From an uncultured Chlorobiaceae bacterium (GTDB taxonomy: Bacteria; Bacteroidota; Chlorobiia; Chlorobiales; Chlorobiaceae): a DNA stretch of 56,597 nt. Position numbers and translations under genes: made by a program. The stretch spans positions 1 to 56,597 of the forward strand of contig CAILXB010000134.1 in NCBI GenBank assembly GCA_903838025.1. The letters run 5' to 3'. Of the stretch, positions 39,788 through 50,036 are shown piece after piece (position 1 is the first letter of the stretch; every line of letters begins with the position of its first letter). The notes beneath the pieces are model-generated. The model was not told the origin of the DNA, ran no database searches, and saw only the letters and a list, made by a program, of their open reading frames with translations.

Positions 39788-41724
39788 AGTTGCGATTAAC
39801 CTTCCGTAAATTTCTTATAGCATGCATCGTCATTATCTGTGGGGGCATCCTGTTGTATGGGTTGCGCTCACAGATTCTTAAAATCCAGGATCAACAATCC
39901 TATACAACAGCAAAAAACTACTTTGCTGCCCAGCGTCCCGATAAGGCTCTTGAAATTATAAGAACCCGGGATCGTACCATCACGAATGACAGAAGTGCTG
40001 ATTGGATTGAACTCGAAATCGACACTCTTGAAAAATTAGGCAACGTTGACCGCCTGCGCTATCTTTTCGACCAAAACCCTTCAGCTTTTTCCTCGCGTGA
40101 AACAGCATCTCTGCTCATGGCGCGGGCGATGCTCAGAACCGATAATCAGGCAGCCTATAGAAAGCTTCGTAATATGTGGAAGTTGCGAACCCAAAATCCA
40201 GCCGTCTGGTTTGCCTTTGATGTTGACGCATTAATTGTCGAGGGAAAAGTGGATGAAGCATTAAAGATGCTGAATTCACAATCTTTTTTAGGTCAGGCCG
40301 ATGCAGGTCGCCTGATGCGGCTTGCTCTTTTAACTTCTAAAAATGATCTGCGTGGTGCATGGAACTACATGGATCGAGCCTACTATCTGGCACCAAAAAA
40401 TCCCGACGTTCGTTCATTTCGGGCTCAAATTCTGGAAGGTATCGGCAAAATCTCCATGGCCCGTGTAGAGTATGTCGCAGCTCATTTGGCTGAGCCTGAC
40501 AATCCTCTGTTTCGTGACCAGTTGGCTGAATTTTACAGGCGAAACGGCAACATGGGCCTCGCTCTGCAAACCTGGTCAAATAATCTCAACGAACGTTCAG
40601 CCGATTTTATAAGACTAAAAGCACTTTTTTGGAGTCGGGTAGCCTATCCCATCAAAATCAACAATGCCAACTCTTCTGACATTTCCGGAACTCTTCGTCC
40701 GCTTGTCATTTATCTGCAAGAGATGCCTGGCGACCGGTTCTGGGATAATGCCGCTTTTCAGGACATTTCAGATCAGCAATCGTTTCTGGATACACGCCAG
40801 GAAACATACTGGCTACGTCTGCTTCAATACCTGAAAGAAGGTCAGGAAAAAAAAGCTTATGATTTGCTGCAGTCTCACCCTTTTCAGGCTAACAACTGGA
40901 GTCCGGATATCCAAAGTGCACTCGAAAAGGTGCTTGCCTATCGGCTTGGGTATAATCTCCCCGTGCTCGATGTTGATTTATCGACTGCCAACACCATAAA
41001 TAGAGAACGGCACCAGCTCTTTGATCAACTGGATCAAATTGCAAAAAACGGAGCAGTAACACCAGAACTTGCCAATCTCATGCATAGCAAAGAGGCTTTT
41101 GCCGCAGTCTTTATGGCTGGCGGCTGGGTTGAAGCTGCCCTGCAGTTACACCAACTTGCGGTTTTACCCGATAATTTTCCGGATTGGGTCGCCTACGGAC
41201 TGACTGAATCATTGCGCTTCAACCGAGGCAACAAAGCAGCGCTTACTTTTGCCGGTAAACAAAAAAAATCTTCTTTTCTGGAATTATTGACTGCTGAACT
41301 TCTCATCGCAGACGGGAACAATGCAGCAGCTCTTGCGAAGCTGGAAGGATTGGCTTACTTGGATTCCGACATTGGTTTCCGCGCTGCCTGGCTTCTCACC
41401 TTGGCAAGGATGGATCAGCGTAATCCTAAAGGAGCCAGGGATGTACTGAATCGCCAGCCAAGGTTACGAAACAGCATGACAGGAAAAGAGATGGAAGCAC
41501 GGATTGCTCTTTCGGAAGGTGAGCCCCAAAAAGCTTCCCAAATTTACGCATCGCTGGGGCTGGAATCGACTGAAGCTATAGCCTACCTGGCCAACAAAGC
41601 CTACCGCGAAAAAGACTGGAAAACCGCAAAAAAACTCACAGAGGAACTCATGCGGAAGTTGCCAGACAGGATGGAATTACGACAGAACTTAAAGGCCATT
41701 GCTGAGGCCCAGGGGGCAAAATGA
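39784..41724 (+). CDS. Membrane-anchored TPR-like helical repeat protein
   Basis: N-terminal TM; TPR-like turns (LAPKNPDV, AEPDNP, KLPDRME). Confidence 0.75.
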   Translation: MKLRLTFRKFLIACIVIICGGILLYGLRSQILKIQDQQSYTTAKNYFAAQRPDKALEIIRTRDRTITNDRSADWIELEIDTLEKLGNVDRLRYLFDQNPSAFSSRETASLLMARAMLRTDNQAAYRKLRNMWKLRTQNPAVWFAFDVDALIVEGKVDEALKMLNSQSFLGQADAGRLMRLALLTSKNDLRGAWNYMDRAYYLAPKNPDVRSFRAQILEGIGKISMARVEYVAAHLAEPDNPLFRDQLAEFYRRNGNMGLALQTWSNNLNERSADFIRLKALFWSRVAYPIKINNANSSDISGTLRPLVIYLQEMPGDRFWDNAAFQDISDQQSFLDTRQETYWLRLLQYLKEGQEKKAYDLLQSHPFQANNWSPDIQSALEKVLAYRLGYNLPVLDVDLSTANTINRERHQLFDQLDQIAKNGAVTPELANLMHSKEAFAAVFMAGGWVEAALQLHQLAVLPDNFPDWVAYGLTESLRFNRGNKAALTFAGKQKKSSFLELLTAELLIADGNNAAALAKLEGLAYLDSDIGFRAAWLLTLARMDQRNPKGARDVLNRQPRLRNSMTGKEMEARIALSEGEPQKASQIYASLGLESTEAIAYLANKAYREKDWKTAKKLTEELMRKLPDRMELRQNLKAIAEAQGAK

Positions 41725-42542
41725 CCAATCGGGACTGGGGTATGATTTTCCTCCTGCTCACTCTTGCTCTCTTCATCTGGATTCAGGATATCTCCTGGAT
41801 CTCCGATTTTGCAGACACCCTTCCCATTATTGCATCACTGCCGCTCTTTGTCTGGCTTGGCTGGCCCTGGCGATTCATTCACGGCACATGGAGCCTGTCG
41901 TACTCTGGCTTGTTGTTCTCGACAATTGGATTCTTCCTTGGAAGCATCTTTGGCTCCTTTTTCTTCTTTGCACTCGGGTGGTCATTGCTGCTTTGGTCAT
42001 GGCTTTCTGCAAGAGTAGAGCCCGAAAAACGGCAAAGTGTAAAACAACTGATGATTTTACCGTTATTGGCCTTTCCCTGGATTATGCTCGAAGGAGAAAT
42101 GATCGGATGGTGGTTTCGACTCTCTGGAACCTGGGCAGCCAGCACCCTTTATTCTCTCTTGGGCTACAAGGTGGTTCAAGGAGGAACCTCATTACTCGTT
42201 CAGGGTTTGCCAATTGATGTTAGCGCAGCCTGTGCAGGATTGAACACCCTTCAATCCATGTTGATTGCTGGCTCATGCATAGCATACACTATCATAGGCA
42301 ATTATCCCGCGTACTGGCTGAACCTTATCTTTCTCGTTATTTTTTCATGGATTGCCAATACGCTTCGAATCATTGCTATCTGCTGGGCAGCCGTCGCCGT
42401 GTCCCCTGAATTCGCAGCAGGAATATTTCATAAATGGGGTGGATGGTTGGTCTTGTTCCTCATGTTCACCCTCTGCTGTCTGATGTTTACCCTTGAAAAA
42501 TCCTTGTTCCAAAATTCTGAAAAAAGCGTTAAAGAACAATGA
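41721..42542 (+). CDS. Exosortase/archaeosortase family protein (EpsH-like)
   Basis: About 8 TM segments; VSAACAGL (Cys), ANTLRI (Arg), FHKWGG (His). Confidence 0.92.
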   Translation: MTNRDWGMIFLLLTLALFIWIQDISWISDFADTLPIIASLPLFVWLGWPWRFIHGTWSLSYSGLLFSTIGFFLGSIFGSFFFFALGWSLLLWSWLSARVEPEKRQSVKQLMILPLLAFPWIMLEGEMIGWWFRLSGTWAASTLYSLLGYKVVQGGTSLLVQGLPIDVSAACAGLNTLQSMLIAGSCIAYTIIGNYPAYWLNLIFLVIFSWIANTLRIIAICWAAVAVSPEFAAGIFHKWGGWLVLFLMFTLCCLMFTLEKSLFQNSEKSVKEQ

Positions 42543-43021
42543 AACCCAAACATGATATTTTTCAAGTTCAGCTTGCTATTTGCCTTTATTGCGGATGGAA
42601 TGCCGTTACTCTTCTTAATGAGAACTCCTCATTTGACCGTTACGATTGGTTGATTATGATAATCTGGCTACTGCCCCTGCTTTTTCGCCAGCGTATCGCC
42701 AAAAACGGGAAGGCTTTCAAAAAAACACCATTGCTCTATATAGGAGCCGGACTTCTATGCTCCTTCATCGGTGTTATCGGATCACTCAATGTACTGAAAC
42801 ATGTCGGACTGGCATTGGCCGTTGCCAGTTGGATGCCATTTTCATGGGTTCAGATTGTATGGTTACTTTCAGCCATTTCATGGACACCGGCCCTCGGCTG
42901 GATTGGCACAAGACTTTTTTTAGATTATATACTCTTGGTTAGAGTTCTACTCTCCCTTACGGGATCAGGTTTGTTCTTTTACCATATAGCAACCCAAGGA
43001 AAGCGAGATACATACAAATGA
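42539..43021 (+). CDS. Exosortase-associated membrane protein
   Basis: Hydrophobic 160 aa; ATGA-coupled on both sides. Confidence 0.7.
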   Translation: MKPKHDIFQVQLAICLYCGWNAVTLLNENSSFDRYDWLIMIIWLLPLLFRQRIAKNGKAFKKTPLLYIGAGLLCSFIGVIGSLNVLKHVGLALAVASWMPFSWVQIVWLLSAISWTPALGWIGTRLFLDYILLVRVLLSLTGSGLFFYHIATQGKRDTYK

Positions 43022-43599
43022 ATCAAAAAATAATCTTGTGGAGCGCACTGTTCTTTGCTGTCGTTTTTGGAGCTGCTGTAAAATGGATTCCTCAGCACTC
43101 TGAACAGAGCCGTCTGCAAAGACTTCCTTTGACTGGATCTTTTTTTTCGTGTACACCACTAACCCTTTCACCCATTGAACTGTCATTTTATGGCAAGTCC
43201 AAGGTGATCAAACGATTCTACCGATTTGCGCAATGCGACTTTGTCATGATTGTCATAGACGGATCAGCGAACCGCCATGTCATTCATGATCCCCTGTATT
43301 GCTTGCAAGGTTCAGGATGGCACATTAACTCAAGAGAACCGCTCTCTATCGACGGAGGACAGGCTGACTTGCTGCGATTATCTAAAGACGGTGTCAATCG
43401 GGAATCCGTTTTTTGGTTTTCAGACGGCATATCACGCCACGCATCCATAGTCCGTTATTGGCTACAGACAACCCTGAGAAGATTGACGTTCGGTCACTTC
43501 CAACCGGAACCGGTCATAGTAATCCTGCAGTCCACTGGAAACACAAATCCTGACTGGCATAAAATTCTTGATCAATGTGGCTTCCTCTACGAAATATAA
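43018..43599 (+). CDS. Exosortase-associated EpsI-like protein
   Basis: N-terminal TM; IHDPLYCLQGSGW matches the EpsI HxPxxCxxGxGW motif. Confidence 0.85.
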   Translation: MNQKIILWSALFFAVVFGAAVKWIPQHSEQSRLQRLPLTGSFFSCTPLTLSPIELSFYGKSKVIKRFYRFAQCDFVMIVIDGSANRHVIHDPLYCLQGSGWHINSREPLSIDGGQADLLRLSKDGVNRESVFWFSDGISRHASIVRYWLQTTLRRLTFGHFQPEPVIVILQSTGNTNPDWHKILDQCGFLYEI

Positions 43600-43670
43600 A
43601 ATCAACCTGACCGGTCTGCTCAATGCTGTTCTACGGAGATAAAAAAACTAACATATTATCATTAAAATAA

Positions 43671-44183
43671 ATGCACTTTGCCCATCTGCCTGCTGGTTAT
43701 ATTACGTCGAAACTCTTTATTAAAAAGTTTGAAAAAAGGAAAATAACTGCTAAAACATTTATAGCCTGGGGTATGTTCGGCTCGATTGCACCCGACCTTG
43801 ATTTTATCTATTGGTTTATAGATCACGGGAAACATCATCACCACCAATACTACACCCACTTTCCCTTTGTCTGGGCAGTGCTCGTATTGTTGTCGCTCTT
43901 CGCGCTGCTTCTTGACTTTACACGCGGACGCACTACAGCTCTCGCTTTTATCTTCACCTTCAATGGATTGATTCACACTCTGCTCGACACCATTGCCGGT
44001 TATGTACTTATCTTTGCTCCATTTGCTGATATGAATAACCCCATTACACTAGCTCACTATTTTCCCTGGGATACAAACTTTCTTGAATTTTTTGTAATCT
44101 TATGGGCACTCTACCTGTGGAAAAAAGATCAAATATTGGGCATCTTTTCCAAAATGGGCTCTTCGTTGGAGATGATAGAATAA
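43671..44183 (+). CDS. Membrane metal-dependent hydrolase (YdjM-like)
   Basis: AHLPAG, GSIAPDLD, HHQYYTH, HTLLD. Confidence 0.8.
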   Translation: MHFAHLPAGYITSKLFIKKFEKRKITAKTFIAWGMFGSIAPDLDFIYWFIDHGKHHHHQYYTHFPFVWAVLVLLSLFALLLDFTRGRTTALAFIFTFNGLIHTLLDTIAGYVLIFAPFADMNNPITLAHYFPWDTNFLEFFVILWALYLWKKDQILGIFSKMGSSLEMIE

Positions 44184-44241
44184 ACTCCCGTATGAACTGC
44201 AATCGGAATCCTTTGCAGTGAAACACTCTCTTTGAGATTCT

Positions 44242-45444
44242 CTATTTCTTGAAAACCAAATCAAGTGCACGACTGAGAGCGGCGCCCCAACTCTGCTGAC
44301 GATCATAAAACTGCTCGGCCTCAGCAACACAGTTTATGCGAATCGACTCATAGTAATTCTTATCGGTCGCCAGACGCTTAATGGCCGCAACCATTGCCAA
44401 CTTGTCACCACATTCCACGACGATTACCGAGCGTGGCAAAAGATCAACTGCAGGACACACGGCAGTTGCAACGATCGGCCTTCCTGACAAAACACCTTCA
44501 ACCACCACTTTATTCATACCCTCCGAAAAATGAGCCGTCGTGGGTACAACAACCGTATGGCAACGTTCATAAGCTGCACGCATCTCAGAACTGTTCAACT
44601 GGCCAAGTATCCGAACAAAACCATCCAATCCCCGTCGAGCACACTCGGCCTTCAGTTCACTCAGCGCTGTTCCACCACCACAAATTTCAAGCACTATTTT
44701 GCGCTCGCCCTCAATATGCAAATCAGCCATCACATCAAGCAAATCAAAAACTCCCTTATTGCGCTCTACACGTCCAGCAAACATTACCCTGAAGGGATCA
44801 GCGTTCCAGGCAGGAAGGGTAATGCTGGCAAAATGAGCACGTTGATAAGAGCTACGTGCCTGCAGCAAAGTGCCACTAACCTGACCTCTAGCCAACTCGT
44901 GCACCTGCCGTTCGCACTCCGGTGAGATGCAAATAGTGGCAATCGGAATTTTTTTCCAAAACCAGCCATTCAAACCCTGCAACATACGTTCATACAGCGC
45001 AGTCGATCGGTAACCACGCGGCCAAAAAGTACAATGCAAATCAGTAATAACCTTAATACCAAATATGGCAGGAATTGTCAATAACCACCAATGTTCACAA
45101 TCAGTAACAAGAATCGCACGCGGACGATGTCGCACTATAGTACCAATAACACCCAGCCAATGCGACAGATCGGCCATTTTATAAGCCAAGCCTGACTTAC
45201 CTACTGCTTTATTTGGCCGATGCTCAACAGTGAGAGTACCTTCAGCCAACACTTCTTTGCGCACATGAGTAGAAATCACTAATGCTGAAAGATCTCGAAG
45301 GCTGATTTGATCGAAAAACTGACTCGAATACGTACAAGAAACCTCCGATGCGTCTTGCTTACCAGAGAGCCAACTGCGCATTGTTCCTGCGATATCACCA
45401 GGACCGCCGCAATAAATCACTTGTGGACTTGACTTGATTACCAT
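44242..45444 (-). CDS. Glycosyltransferase family 4 (tandem copy A)
   Basis: FAGRVERNKG, EGMNKVVVEG. Confidence 0.9.
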   Translation of the reverse strand: MVIKSSPQVIYCGGPGDIAGTMRSWLSGKQDASEVSCTYSSQFFDQISLRDLSALVISTHVRKEVLAEGTLTVEHRPNKAVGKSGLAYKMADLSHWLGVIGTIVRHRPRAILVTDCEHWWLLTIPAIFGIKVITDLHCTFWPRGYRSTALYERMLQGLNGWFWKKIPIATICISPECERQVHELARGQVSGTLLQARSSYQRAHFASITLPAWNADPFRVMFAGRVERNKGVFDLLDVMADLHIEGERKIVLEICGGGTALSELKAECARRGLDGFVRILGQLNSSEMRAAYERCHTVVVPTTAHFSEGMNKVVVEGVLSGRPIVATAVCPAVDLLPRSVIVVECGDKLAMVAAIKRLATDKNYYESIRINCVAEAEQFYDRQQSWGAALSRALDLVFKK

Positions 45445-45514
45445 TGAATGGGATTACTGTTACTAATAAAAATAATTACACTTAACATGAATTTCAAAAA
45501 ATCGGCATTATAGA

Positions 45515-46714
45515 TTATTTGAAAACCAAATCAAGTGCACGACTGAGAGCGGCGCCCCAACTCTGCTGGCGATCATAAAACTGCTCGGCCTCGGCAGCAC
45601 AGTTTACACGCATTGATTCATAATACCTCTTATCGGTCGCCAGACGCTTGATAGCCGCAGCCATTGCAAGCTTGTCACCACATTCAACGGCAATGACCGA
45701 ACGTGGCAAAACATCAATTGCAGGACACACTGCGGTTGCAACAACCGGACGCCCGCATAAAACACCTTCAACCACCACACGATTCAAACCCTCAGGAAAA
45801 TCAGCCGTTGTCGGCACTATAACCAAGTGACTGCGATCATAAGCTGCAAGCATATCTGCACTGTTCAACTGACCAAGTATCCGAATACAGCCATCCAGTC
45901 CGCGTCGAGCACACTCAACCTTGAGTTCACCCAGCGCTGTTCCACCACCACAAATTTCAAGAGATACTTTGCTCTGCACATCGGAATGCAAACCCGCCAT
46001 CACATCAAGCAAATCAAAAACCCCCTTGCTGCGCTCTACACGTCCAGCGTACATTGCACTGAATGAACCAGCATCCCAAACAGGAGGACGGATCCCCGTA
46101 AAATGAGAACGCTGATAAGAACTGCGTGCCTGCAACAACGAACCACTGACCTTACCACAAACCATCTCCCGCACCTGTCGCTCACACTCCGGTGATATGC
46201 AAATAGTGGCAAGTGGAATATTTTTCCAAAACCAGCCATTCAAACCCTGCAACACACGCTCATACAATGAAGTCGATCGATAACCACGCGGCCAAAAAGT
46301 ACATTGCAAATCTGTAATAACTTGAATACCAAACATGGCCGGAAGTGTAAATAACCACCAATGCTCACAATCTGCAATTAAAATCACATGCGGACGATAA
46401 CGCAGTATAGTACCAATAATACCCAACCAATGCGACATATAAAGCAATTTGTAAGAAAGACCTAATGTACCGCATGCCTTATTTGGACGGTGCTCTATCG
46501 TAATGAGATTTTCAACAAATACTTCTTTGCGTGCATGCGAAGAAATCACTAATGCTGAAAGGCCTCGAACGCTGATTTGATCAAAAAACTGTCCCGAATA
46601 CGTGTCAGAAACCTCTGATGCATCATGCTCGCCAGACAACCAACTGCGCATTGTTCCTGCAATATCACCAGGACCACCGCAATAAATTACTTGTGGGTTT
46701 GATTTGATTACCAT
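45515..46714 (-). CDS. Glycosyltransferase family 4 (tandem copy B)
   Basis: YAGRVERSKG, EGLNRVVVEG; colinear with copy A. Confidence 0.9.
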   Translation of the reverse strand: MVIKSNPQVIYCGGPGDIAGTMRSWLSGEHDASEVSDTYSGQFFDQISVRGLSALVISSHARKEVFVENLITIEHRPNKACGTLGLSYKLLYMSHWLGIIGTILRYRPHVILIADCEHWWLFTLPAMFGIQVITDLQCTFWPRGYRSTSLYERVLQGLNGWFWKNIPLATICISPECERQVREMVCGKVSGSLLQARSSYQRSHFTGIRPPVWDAGSFSAMYAGRVERSKGVFDLLDVMAGLHSDVQSKVSLEICGGGTALGELKVECARRGLDGCIRILGQLNSADMLAAYDRSHLVIVPTTADFPEGLNRVVVEGVLCGRPVVATAVCPAIDVLPRSVIAVECGDKLAMAAAIKRLATDKRYYESMRVNCAAEAEQFYDRQQSWGAALSRALDLVFK

Positions 46715-46839
46715 TTCATTGAATTCCAGTTGACAAAAAAAACAAACTTGCTTAAACTGCCCGACCAGCTCCTTATTGCCATTTTCTGAATCTCAAAAAA
46801 ATACATCTCGTACAATACCGTTTCAGTAACCTGCCATAA

Positions 46840-47526
46840 TTAGTTTGATTTTTTTACACAAAAAGCTAATTGCAGATATTGTGAATCACTATAATAACCA
46901 AAGGTTGCTACAATAAACAACAATGTTAATATACGAATTATTTTGTCTTTTAATGGACTTGTTTCCCGCAAATTGGAACCTTTTGTTATAATACTGTTAA
47001 TCCCGCTGTAATGGGTTATCGTGTACTTGTGGGAGAGCAGACAATTCTTGAGGCTTTTATATGTAAAAAAACGCAGATGAGTCCTATCAAGAATACCTTC
47101 ATTTGCATAGGGCCAATCCCGCTTGATTACTATTTTATAGAAACTTGATATGTATAATATATTGGGGATTGACCCAACAAAAGAGCCCGTTTGTGTAATC
47201 TTTGGTTTTATTTCTTCAAAAAATTTATCATGATCTATCATGTGCTCTATAACATCATTACATACTACAAGATCAAAATAGTTGTCTGGAATTGAATCCA
47301 GCAAATCTGAAAAGTTCCCAATGAGTACACGATCAAATTTGGTCGCAGCTTCTTTTGCTGCATCTTTATTTGGTTCTATTCCCCATATTTCACATTCGAT
47401 ATGTCTAAGATTGTTGGAAAAATTGCCGCAACCGCAGCCAATTTCTAATACTCTTGAGTATTTCTCGGGAATAAACTTATGCATTTCCAATCGGGTAGTT
47501 GCATAGTAGTGGGTGTTGAGCATCAT
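46840..47526 (-). CDS. Class I SAM-dependent methyltransferase
   Basis: VLEIGCGCG, DVIEH, SIPN, GILDRTHLRFFT. Confidence 0.9.
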   Translation of the reverse strand: MMLNTHYYATTRLEMHKFIPEKYSRVLEIGCGCGNFSNNLRHIECEIWGIEPNKDAAKEAATKFDRVLIGNFSDLLDSIPDNYFDLVVCNDVIEHMIDHDKFFEEIKPKITQTGSFVGSIPNILYISSFYKIVIKRDWPYANEGILDRTHLRFFTYKSLKNCLLSHKYTITHYSGINSIITKGSNLRETSPLKDKIIRILTLLFIVATFGYYSDSQYLQLAFCVKKSN

Positions 47527-48147
47527 AGCTTGAAATATTGCGTTTAATTAAGAAGAAATAAAATATATCTATTTCCCGAAAGCAAGTATTCTTTTATCGA
47601 AATCTTCTTTAAGAGTTTATGAATTTCACATTTTTAATTACACGAGTTAACATTTCGCTTCATGTAAAAGTTTTTCAATTCGATGAAATTTTGAGTTAAT
47701 CAGGAATTAAAAATTCAGCCAATTTCGAACATAAGCAATCAACAGTCACCCAGATTAAGATTACGTCATTTTATAATGTTTTCCTACTACTTTTTAAAGT
47801 GGTCGTTGCTTTTTTCAAACAGAATTTTTTTCCGTCAAAGAATCCATTCGAAGCAGACATCCAAAAAAATTTACAAAACGACCCCATTCACTCAAAACTG
47901 CCAGCCATAAGGGAACCTGAAACGCCGTGGAGAGAGGAATCCTTGTTGCCTCATGCAAAGTCACTCTTCAATGCAACCAAATCCGAACCTGGCATCATAA
48001 CAAAACCAACCATCGCCTTATTGCTGTTTTCTGCACCCCAAAAACTGGACAGTGTTTATAACAGATGAAAATATTGTTGCAGAGTTCAAACTTTATTGAT
48101 TTCTTGTGTCACAACTTTCAACAACGTATGTTCATCTCTCTACATCA

Positions 48148-48903
48148 ATGTTAGCCAAGCGGATCATACCCTGTCTCGATGTTCGCGACGGCAGGGTGGT
48201 AAAAGGAATAAACTTTGAAGGGTTGAGAGATGCGGGCTCCATCCTTGAGCAAGCACGCTTTTACAATAACGAACTGGCCGATGAGCTTGTTTTTCTTGAT
48301 ATTTCAGCATCACTTGAGTCACGCAAAACGACACTTGAAGAGGTACTGAAAGTCTCTGGAGAGGTCTTTATTCCCCTCACAGTCGGCGGTGGAATCAGTT
48401 CTGTTGAACGGGCCAGGGAGGTTTTTCTGCACGGTGCCGACAAGGTTTCGGTCAATACTGCAGCGGTCAACGACCCCTTCCTGATTTCGAGGATTGCCGA
48501 AAAATATGGCTCACAAGCCGTTGTGGTCGCCATCGATATCAAAAAAGCAGGAAATGACTACCTCGTCTACACCCATTCAGGGAAAAATGTGACCTGCTAC
48601 GAAGCTCTCGAATGGGCTCATAAAGTTCAGGAACTGGGTGCCGGAGAAATTCTTCTGACCAGCATGGATCGTGACGGCACCAAAGAGGGATATGACAACG
48701 AAATTCTCAGCAGAGTTTCAACCTCCGTGCATATTCCCGTCATTGCATCCGGAGGAGCAGGGAATCTTGAACACCTCTATGACGGATTTACCAAAGGGCA
48801 CGCTGATGCAGCGCTTGCCGCATCAATCTTTCACTTCCGGCAACACTCAATCCTTGAGGCAAAGGAGTATCTTCGGGAGAGAGGAATCCCTGTTCGAATC
48901 TGA
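48148..48903 (+). CDS. hisF: Imidazole glycerol phosphate synthase cyclase subunit
   Basis: [34 protein letters not shown]. Confidence 0.97.
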   Translation: MLAKRIIPCLDVRDGRVVKGINFEGLRDAGSILEQARFYNNELADELVFLDISASLESRKTTLEEVLKVSGEVFIPLTVGGGISSVERAREVFLHGADKVSVNTAAVNDPFLISRIAEKYGSQAVVVAIDIKKAGNDYLVYTHSGKNVTCYEALEWAHKVQELGAGEILLTSMDRDGTKEGYDNEILSRVSTSVHIPVIASGGAGNLEHLYDGFTKGHADAALAASIFHFRQHSILEAKEYLRERGIPVRI

Positions 48904-48913
48904 CAAAAGGCTG

Positions 48914-49792
48914 TCATCCACCCTCTTCCATCAGCCGCTTGCGAATATCGGCCAACTCCTTATGGCGTTGCACAGAAGCTTGTGGATAGGACAAACCGAG
49001 AGAGTTCAGGGTATGAAAAATAATCTGTGACACAATCAGCCGGGCGTTCTGTTTGTCGTCAGCCGGCACAACATACCAGGGCGCATGTTTGCTGCTTGTT
49101 GCTCCAAGACAAGCCTCGTAAGCACGCATATATTGTGTCCAGCACTTGCGCTCTTCAATATCAGCCACGCTGAATTTCCAGTTTTTTGCAGGAGCATCTA
49201 TCCGATCGAGAAACCTTTTTCGCTGCTCCTCTTTCGACAGGTGAAGAAAAAACTTGACAATCCTTGTCCCATTGCGATAGAGATGATTTTCCATATCGAC
49301 AATCGACTGATAACGCTCTTCCCACACTTTTTTTCCATTGGTCAGTTCATCCGGAATTCCCTGAACTGCAAGTATTTCTGGATGCACACGAACAATAAGC
49401 ACCTCCTCGTAATAGGAACGGTTAAAGATGCCAATATGACCCCGTGACGGTAAAGAGCGGTTGCTTCTCCAGAGAAAATCATGATCCAGCTCCTGTGCCG
49501 AAGGATGCTTGAAACTGAAGACCTGGCACCCCTGAGGGTTCACACCCGACATCACATGGCGAATGACGCCATCTTTACCGGCGGCATCCATCGCCTGAAA
49601 AATGAGCAACAAGGCATAGCGGTTATCGGCATAATGCACCTGCTGCAGTTTACTCAACTGCGCAACATGATCGGCAAGCAACTCTTTATACTCTTTTTTC
49701 GAACGGTATACCGGCTCAACAAGCGTTGGACGTTTGTCGAGATTGACCCGCTCGCCGTCCCGGATCCGTAGAGTATCATGATCAAAATGCAT
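48914..49792 (-). CDS. ppk2: Polyphosphate kinase 2 family protein
   Basis: [34 protein letters not shown]. Confidence 0.93.
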   Translation of the reverse strand: MHFDHDTLRIRDGERVNLDKRPTLVEPVYRSKKEYKELLADHVAQLSKLQQVHYADNRYALLLIFQAMDAAGKDGVIRHVMSGVNPQGCQVFSFKHPSAQELDHDFLWRSNRSLPSRGHIGIFNRSYYEEVLIVRVHPEILAVQGIPDELTNGKKVWEERYQSIVDMENHLYRNGTRIVKFFLHLSKEEQRKRFLDRIDAPAKNWKFSVADIEERKCWTQYMRAYEACLGATSSKHAPWYVVPADDKQNARLIVSQIIFHTLNSLGLSYPQASVQRHKELADIRKRLMEEGG

Positions 49793-49921
49793 AGGTAGAA
49801 TGTCAAGAGAGTGATGTCAGCGCCATAGAACGAAATTGCGCATATATCGACTCATTTCAAAAGCAGTTTGCGCAGAACTTTTCGGCACACGATAAAAGCA
49901 ACAAAAAGGCCATGCCTGGTT

Positions 49922-49959
49922 TTAAGCAAAAATTAAGCTTCTTCTCAGACTCTTTTAAG
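49922..49959 (+). promoter_or_regulatory. OmpR-family direct-repeat binding array
   Basis: TTAAG/TTAAG/CTCAG/TTAAG at 49922, 49933, 49944 and 49955 (11-bp period). Confidence 0.7.
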
Positions 49960-50036
49960 AAACGCCAAGCTACATTATACTCGTGTTACAATAAGAACGT
50001 AATCTGACAACGACTTACAAAACCATTAACGACACC

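Noticed and set aside
47799-48068. 89-aa ORF upstream of hisF
   Set aside because: GTG start, no recognisable motif or RBS; unsupported
8517-48147. Locus as an integrative mobile element
   Set aside because: No integrase, transposase, tRNA or flanking direct repeat seen; horizontal origin remains an inference
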